Assembly (NCBI GenBank): GCA_022795155.1
Contig: JAAWGF010000004.1
Location: 1,322 to 65,321 of the forward strand
Reading direction: 5' to 3'
From: Bacilli bacterium
Lineage (GTDB): Bacteria > Bacillota_I > Bacilli_A > RF39 > UBA660
Length of the DNA stretch: 64,000 nucleotides
Positions 58,058-64,000 of this stretch are shown piece by piece; within the stretch, counting starts at the first letter, position 1, and each line of letters begins with the position of its first letter. A program made the position numbers and the translations under genes. The notes beneath the pieces are model-generated. The model worked only from the letters and a program-made list of their open reading frames with translations, ran no database searches and was not told where the DNA came from.

Positions 58058-59390
58058 TAGTAATATTTTTCATAAAATTGGTTCTTTCCTAGACAGAAAG
58101 ATAATTATACCTATAACAAAATTAATTTTAAAAATAACTGAAAAATTTGATAAATCTAGCCGTAAATTTGAAAATTGGTTATCTAAAACAAGTACTCTAC
58201 TTTTTATATCTTTGATTATTGCAATAATTGTTTTTGTTGTCGTTGACCAAAAAATGCTACTCTTTTCAGAGAGTTCAGCAGAATTATTGAAAAGTCAACC
58301 TGTTCAAGTAATTATGAATGAAGAAGCTTATGTTGTTGAAGGATTGCCTGAGACAGTTGATATAACTTTGATAGGACGTAAAGCGGATTTGTATTTTGCT
58401 AAACAGTCACCATCCCATGATGTTGTCGTTGATTTAACTGGTTTAAAACCAGGTACACATAGAGTAAATATTAAATATAACCAAGCTCTTGCGTCAATTG
58501 ATTATAATGTAAATCCATCAACAGCAACAGTTATTATTTATCCTAAAATTTCTGAGACTAGGACGCTTACTTATGATTTATTAAATCAAGACAGTCTAGA
58601 TAGTCGATTAGTAATTGATGATGTCTCTATTAGTACTGATAAAGTTGTCATTAAAGGTGCCGAATATCAACTAAAAAAAGTTGCTACAGTCAAAGCTTTA
58701 ATTGATATTAACAATTTAGTCAAAAAAGAAGTCGGCGTCATTACTGTTAATGACATTCCATTAAAAGCTTATGATGAAAATGGTAATGTTGTAGATGTCG
58801 AAATTGTACCAGAAAAAATTAATGCTGATATTACCATTACATCCCCAAGTAAAGAATTACCTATCAAAGTCATCCCAGTCGGAACAGTATCATTTGGTAA
58901 AGCAATTAGTTCAATTGATACTAGTGAAACGAATGTAATCGTTTATGGTGATGAAGAAACTTTAAAATCACTTACATATATACCAGTTGAAATCGACGTT
59001 AATGATTTAAAGGGTAACAAGCAATACAAATTGGAACTTGAAAAACCAGTCGGTATTAGACATATGGATGTTAATAATATTACTGTTAATGTTGGATTAG
59101 ATAACTCAACCTCAAAAGAATTAACTGGTGTGGATATTAAATACCGAAATTTGGCAGATGGTTATACAGTTCAAGGAATTAGTGCTAATGATACAACTGT
59201 ATCTGTAACTTTAAAAGGTGTTGAGTCCGTTATTAAGAATATTAATAATGATGATGTAACTGCTTACTTAGATTTAACGGGTTATGGTGAAGGTGTTCAC
59301 GAGGTCGAAGTTTTAGTTACAGGCGATGACGTAAAAGTTGAATATGTCGCTAAGACAATGAAAGTTAATATTAGAATAACAAAAAAATAA
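58041..59390 (+). CDS. cdaR: CdaA regulatory protein CdaR (YbbR-domain repeats)
   Basis: It overlaps the cdaA 3' end. GAGGAGG RBS, one TM helix, and repeated YbbR-like beta domains (VxV, PxxVxVxxxG patterns). Confidence 0.8.
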   Translation: MKKTTNSNIFHKIGSFLDRKIIIPITKLILKITEKFDKSSRKFENWLSKTSTLLFISLIIAIIVFVVVDQKMLLFSESSAELLKSQPVQVIMNEEAYVVEGLPETVDITLIGRKADLYFAKQSPSHDVVVDLTGLKPGTHRVNIKYNQALASIDYNVNPSTATVIIYPKISETRTLTYDLLNQDSLDSRLVIDDVSISTDKVVIKGAEYQLKKVATVKALIDINNLVKKEVGVITVNDIPLKAYDENGNVVDVEIVPEKINADITITSPSKELPIKVIPVGTVSFGKAISSIDTSETNVIVYGDEETLKSLTYIPVEIDVNDLKGNKQYKLELEKPVGIRHMDVNNITVNVGLDNSTSKELTGVDIKYRNLADGYTVQGISANDTTVSVTLKGVESVIKNINNDDVTAYLDLTGYGEGVHEVEVLVTGDDVKVEYVAKTMKVNIRITKK

Positions 59391-59406
59391 AAAAGCTTAA
59401 GCTTTT
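59391..59406. terminator. short palindromic (AAAAGCTTAAGCTTTT) bidirectional terminator candidate
   Basis: Perfect 16-nt palindrome between the convergent cdaR and DUF378 genes. The stem is weak and AT-rich. Confidence 0.35.
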
Positions 59407-59607
59407 TTATTTTGACTCTATATGACTAAATAAAGTGTATATATTAATAATACCGGCAATACCTACAATCATATAGATTACACGCGTTAGCATACTGGTA
59501 TCTCCGAAGAGATTGGATACTAAATTGAAATCAAAAAAACCGATTAATCCCCAATTTATTGCCCCAATAACAGTAAATATAAGAGCAATTTTCTGTAATG
59601 TTTCCAT
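59407..59607 (-). CDS. DUF378 small membrane protein
   Basis: IALIFTVIGAINWGLIGFFDFNLV is the DUF378 signature. 66 aa. Confidence 0.8.
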   Translation of the reverse strand: METLQKIALIFTVIGAINWGLIGFFDFNLVSNLFGDTSMLTRVIYMIVGIAGIINIYTLFSHIESK

Positions 59608-59722
59608 AAAATCTCCTTTCTATAAACTATTAATATAATTTACCAAAAAAAGAAATTTATTCATTCATAATTATAATATTTATTCCATATAATTAAATGA
59701 AATTAATTATGAGGTGAAAAGA

Positions 59723-60727
59723 ATGAAAAAAATGTTTTTAGTAGGCATGTGTATACTTAGTATTTTCTTATTTTGTGGATGTGGTAAAAAAACAGAAAAG
59801 GATATTTTAAAAGAATTGACTAAAAAGATAGAAAATAGTAAAGGCTATCATATAGTTGGCGAATTAGAAATCATTAATTCTGAGTATGTATACGATTATG
59901 ATGTGGATGTAGCATATAAAGATGGGGATTTTTTTAGAGTCAGTTTAAAAAATAAAACCAATAATCATGAACAAATAATTTTAAAAAATAAAGAAGGTGT
60001 CTATGTCCTTACGCCATCTTTAAATAAAAGTTTCAAATTCCAAAGCGATTGGCCTTACAATAATTCCCAAAGTTACTTATTCCAAACACTATTAAAGGAT
60101 ATTAAAAATGATGAAGAAAAGTTATTTGAATCAAATGATAACGAATATATTTATATAACAAGTGTTAATTATTCAAATAATAAAGATTTGAAAAAACAAA
60201 AAATATATATAGATAAAGATATTAATATAACTAGAGTAGAAGTCTTGACAGAATCTGATGAAGTAAAAATGAAAATGAATTTTAATAATGTTGATATGGA
60301 TGCTAAATTCGATGATGATTACTTTGAATTGAAACAAAATATGACTGTATCGACAGCTGAAATAGAGGAAACGAAAACAACAAGCAAAATACAAGATATC
60401 ATTTATCCTATGTATATACCAGAAAATACTTATTTAACAGGTCAAAATGTCGTAAATAAAGATGATGGAGAACGTGTTATTCTAACTTTCTCAGGTGAAA
60501 AGCCATTCATTTTTGTTCAAGAGACAATCAGTTATGAAAATGAAATAAGTACGATACCAGTTTATGGTGAACCGCTTATATTGACTGATACAATTGGTGC
60601 CTTATCTGATAATTCAGCTAGCTGGGTTAGTAATAATATTGAATATTATATTGTATCCGATTCTTTGTCACAAGAAGAATTGGTTAGCGTGGTTCAATCA
60701 GTTAGTGTAATGCCAGTTTCAAAATAG
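59723..60727 (+). CDS. LolA-fold lipoprotein (YdcC-like)
   Basis: Signal/lipobox LFCGCGKK. GYHIVGELEIINSEYVYDYDVDVAYKDGDFFRVSLKN...KEGVYVLTPSLNKSFKF resembles LolA-like sporulation lipoprotein YdcC (from memory). Confidence 0.5.
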   Translation: MKKMFLVGMCILSIFLFCGCGKKTEKDILKELTKKIENSKGYHIVGELEIINSEYVYDYDVDVAYKDGDFFRVSLKNKTNNHEQIILKNKEGVYVLTPSLNKSFKFQSDWPYNNSQSYLFQTLLKDIKNDEEKLFESNDNEYIYITSVNYSNNKDLKKQKIYIDKDINITRVEVLTESDEVKMKMNFNNVDMDAKFDDDYFELKQNMTVSTAEIEETKTTSKIQDIIYPMYIPENTYLTGQNVVNKDDGERVILTFSGEKPFIFVQETISYENEISTIPVYGEPLILTDTIGALSDNSASWVSNNIEYYIVSDSLSQEELVSVVQSVSVMPVSK

Positions 60728-60856
60728 AATAGCCATATATTAGTATGGCTTTTATTTTTTATAAATATTAATTAAAGTGATTAATTTTTTTGATGATTAC
60801 TATATTGTAATTGATTTTAAAAATAAAAACAGTTATAATGATGTTTAGGTGATATA

Positions 60857-61360
60857 ATGAAAAAAAATAATAAAAGTAATAAAAATAATAATTCAGGAAT
60901 GGAAATGGGTAATTTATTTAAAATAGTTTTAGTAATTTTAATAGTTTTTGGTGCCTTCTATATTTTTACATATTATTTGCAAAAAAATAAACAAATGACA
61001 AATGTCGAAAATAAACCAAATACAATTACAACTATACAATATGATGAAATATTAATTGGTAATCTCTTAAATCAAAAAGAAGATAATTATTATGTATTGA
61101 TAGTTAATAAATCAGATTATAATGCTAGATATAAAGAATATTTATCAAAATTTAGTAGTAAAGGCAAATTTTATTATTCATTAATTGACAATGGATTAAA
61201 TAAAAAATATATAACAAATACTAGTAATCTAATTGTGGATAATATCCAGGACTTAAAAGTTAGTCAGACTTCTTTGCTGAAAATAAATAATGGGAAGATA
61301 GTTGAAACATATGATGGCAATTCATCAGTAATGGAAGCCTTTATAAAAATAGGAAAATAA
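60857..61360 (+). CDS. hypothetical membrane-anchored protein
   Basis: N/K-rich N-terminus, one TM helix, and a domain of about 110 aa. No motif recognised. Confidence 0.5.
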   Translation: MKKNNKSNKNNNSGMEMGNLFKIVLVILIVFGAFYIFTYYLQKNKQMTNVENKPNTITTIQYDEILIGNLLNQKEDNYYVLIVNKSDYNARYKEYLSKFSSKGKFYYSLIDNGLNKKYITNTSNLIVDNIQDLKVSQTSLLKINNGKIVETYDGNSSVMEAFIKIGK

Positions 61361-61378
61361 TGTCGAAAGGGAAAAAAT

Positions 61379-62608
61379 ATGCAGAAAGATAAAAAAGTAG
61401 CAGAGGGAAAAACAGAACATGAGTTAGTTGACAAATCAAAAAGTGAAGTTTTTGGTTTAAAAGAATTAATCGGCATAATTATTATTACAGCTGTAGTTAG
61501 TTTTATAATGGGCTTTTCTATTAAACAAAATAATAGAACAAAATCTTTAAGTCGGTATGAAGAAGAATTGCTTTCTAATTATGAATATATTTTAGAGAAT
61601 TATTATAAAAATATTGATGCTAGAGATTTAGTGGGTGTCGCAATAAGAGGCATGATAGATTATTTAGATGATCCTTATGCGGATTATATAAGCACTGATA
61701 ATGTAGACAATTTTAACATTATCATTAAAGGGGAATATGAAGGAATTGGTATTCAAATTGGTCATAATGATAAAGATGAACCGACTATAACATATGTTTT
61801 TCCAAATTCATCAGCTGATATTAATGGACTTAAAATAGGGGATATATTAATAAAAGTAGGAGAGACAGAAGTCATAAATAAAAATTTGGATGAAATAAAA
61901 GACTTAGTTGGATCATTTGGCGATGATGAATTTAAAATAGTTTATAAAAGAATGAATGAGGAACATAATACTAAATTAAAACGTGGCAAAATAGCTATTG
62001 AAAGTGTAGAAAAGAAAATTTACAATAAAGATGATAAAAAAATAGGATATTTAAAATTAAGCAATTTTGCTACAAATTCATATGAACAATTCAATGAAAA
62101 ATTACAAGAATTAGAGGAAGAGAGTATTTCGTCATTAATTGTAGACTTAAGAAATAATACAGGCGGCGAATTAGAAAGCGTTGACAGCATTGTATCATTA
62201 TTTATCCCTAAAGATGAAGTTATTTATCAAATGAAGGAAAAGGATAAGGTGACCAAATATTATTCAAAAAACGATGCAACTAGAGATTACAAAATTGTTG
62301 TTTTGGTTAATAAAAATAGTGCATCAGCCTCAGAACTAATGACAGGGGCTCTAAAAGAAATGTATGGGGCAACGATTATAGGCGTAAATACATTTGGTAA
62401 AGGAACGGCCCAACAAGTTATTACTTTAGATAATGGGGAACGATATAAATTCACAACGAGAGAATGGCTTACTGCTAATGGGAATTCAATTGAGGGCATT
62501 GGCATTGAACCGACAATTAAAGTTGAACAATCAGAGGAATATTACAATAATCCAATTGAAGAAAATGATAAACAATTGGCGGAGGCTTTAAAATATTTAT
62601 GTCAATAA
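61379..62608 (+). CDS. S41 C-terminal processing peptidase (Ctp)
   Basis: TM anchor, PDZ (YEGIGIQIG...GLKIGDILIKVG), LIVDLRNNTGGEL, catalytic Ser in NKNSASASE, and Lys in TFGKGTAQ. Confidence 0.9.
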   Translation: MQKDKKVAEGKTEHELVDKSKSEVFGLKELIGIIIITAVVSFIMGFSIKQNNRTKSLSRYEEELLSNYEYILENYYKNIDARDLVGVAIRGMIDYLDDPYADYISTDNVDNFNIIIKGEYEGIGIQIGHNDKDEPTITYVFPNSSADINGLKIGDILIKVGETEVINKNLDEIKDLVGSFGDDEFKIVYKRMNEEHNTKLKRGKIAIESVEKKIYNKDDKKIGYLKLSNFATNSYEQFNEKLQELEEESISSLIVDLRNNTGGELESVDSIVSLFIPKDEVIYQMKEKDKVTKYYSKNDATRDYKIVVLVNKNSASASELMTGALKEMYGATIIGVNTFGKGTAQQVITLDNGERYKFTTREWLTANGNSIEGIGIEPTIKVEQSEEYYNNPIEENDKQLAEALKYLCQ

Positions 62609-62680
62609 AGAGAATTATTTAAATTAATTCTCTTTATTTATTTGTAAAAACAAGATATAATCTTACTAGAGGTGATGTAA

Positions 62681-63232
62681 ATGCATAAAATGTATATAGG
62701 AGATAAATTACAAATTCAATGCTATAAACATAATGGTAAAATTCACCGCTCTTGGGATGAGGCTGTATTATTAGATATAAAAAAGGAATATTTAGTATTT
62801 GGTAACATGAAGACCTTAGTTACTGAGGCGGAAGGAAATACTTGGAGAACAAAGGAACCAGCTATAATGTATTTTTTTAAAGAAAAATGGTTTAATATAA
62901 TATGCCAGTTAAAAAAAGATGGAATATATTACTATTGCAATATTGCTACACCATTTATTATTGAGGAAAACACCATAAAATATATTGATTACGACTTAGA
63001 CTTAAGGATATTTCCAGATTTCAAATATAGAGTATTAGATAAAATGGAATATCAGTATCATAAGAAACTTATGAATTATTCATCCGATTTAGATAAAGCA
63101 ATAAAAAATGGTTTATCAGATTTAATTGATGAATACAAAAATAACGCGTGCTATTTTAATGAAAAATTGAATAAACAATATTGTTCACAATATATGGAAA
63201 TAAAAAAAGAAAAAAATAGTAATTATAGCTAA
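62681..63232 (+). CDS. DUF402 nucleoside tri/diphosphatase (Ntdp/YgaC-like)
   Basis: IQCYKHNGKIHRSWDEAVLL, YYYCNIATPF, IKYIDYDLDLRIFPD. Confidence 0.8.
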   Translation: MHKMYIGDKLQIQCYKHNGKIHRSWDEAVLLDIKKEYLVFGNMKTLVTEAEGNTWRTKEPAIMYFFKEKWFNIICQLKKDGIYYYCNIATPFIIEENTIKYIDYDLDLRIFPDFKYRVLDKMEYQYHKKLMNYSSDLDKAIKNGLSDLIDEYKNNACYFNEKLNKQYCSQYMEIKKEKNSNYS

Positions 63233-63320
63233 AAAAGTGAATATAATATCAATGTAGAGGCAAAAAAAGTTATATAAAATGTAAAATTAAACAAAAAATG
63301 AAAATAAAGTAAAAAAAGTG

Positions 63321-63349
63321 TTGACTTGAGTGAAAACATTTGATATATT
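63321..63349 (+). promoter_or_regulatory. rRNA operon promoter (TTGACT-17-TATATT)
   Basis: TTGACT 63321-63326, 17-nt spacer, TATATT 63344-63349, with an A-rich UP-like tract upstream. Confidence 0.55.
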
Positions 63350-63379
63350 AGTAGTGCTTTCACAAAAAAGGAAGCAGAA

Positions 63380-63393
63380 TGATCTTTGAAAAC
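63380..63393 (+). promoter_or_regulatory. boxA-like antitermination element in the rRNA leader
   Basis: TGATCTTTGAAAAC resembles the Firmicute rrn leader boxA (TGTTCTTTGAAAAC, from memory). Confidence 0.45.
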
Positions 63394-63452
63394 TGAGCAA
63401 AACGTTAATTCAAAGAGTTAAGGAAAATAAACAAACGAACAAAAATTATTTT

Positions 63453-64000
<548 letters not shown>

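Overview
Very AT-rich chromosomal segment from a low-GC, apparently spore-forming Bacillota-type bacterium. The lineage is my inference from gene content and the 16S 5' end. Standard code 11 applies, since TGA is used as a genuine stop. Nearly all genes are on the + strand and the window ends in the 5' part of a 16S rRNA gene. The core backbone holds a csp-family gene, hpf-secA, addB-addA, trmL, cdaA-cdaR, an S41 Ctp protease, a P-type Ca-ATPase, a PBP5-type DD-carboxypeptidase, and two tRNA arrays (5 + 8 genes, all with encoded CCA) with sigma-A-like promoters and hairpin terminators. Sporulation-flavoured genes include a CotY/CotZ/ExsY-like Cys-rich protein, a 3xLysM protein and a YutH/CotS-like protein next to a NifU-like gene. 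Accessory content is concentrated downstream of tRNA array 2 (about 28-43 kb). It comprises (i) a secreted protein plus three unrelated polytopic proteins plus an ABC ATPase operon, and (ii) a decayed patch with a frameshifted MerR gene, an orphan VirD4/TraG-like ATPase, a PP2C-like protein and two Nudix genes. It also holds (iii) the most system-like element, a translationally coupled three-gene operon of a TM-TerB_N/TerB_C protein, a DUF2791-type P-loop ATPase and an Lhr-like DEAD/DEAH helicase. That is the architecture known as the Shango anti-phage system. Directly after it comes an unusual IspH-polyprenyl synthase fusion. A complete agr-type quorum-sensing locus is present, including a 39-aa AgrD precursor that is missing from the supplied ORF track. 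Two clear pseudogenes (an M32 carboxypeptidase and a MerR regulator) indicate ongoing gene decay. All functional calls rest on motif and family recognition by eye. No database search was possible, and start codons were chosen from RBS context.
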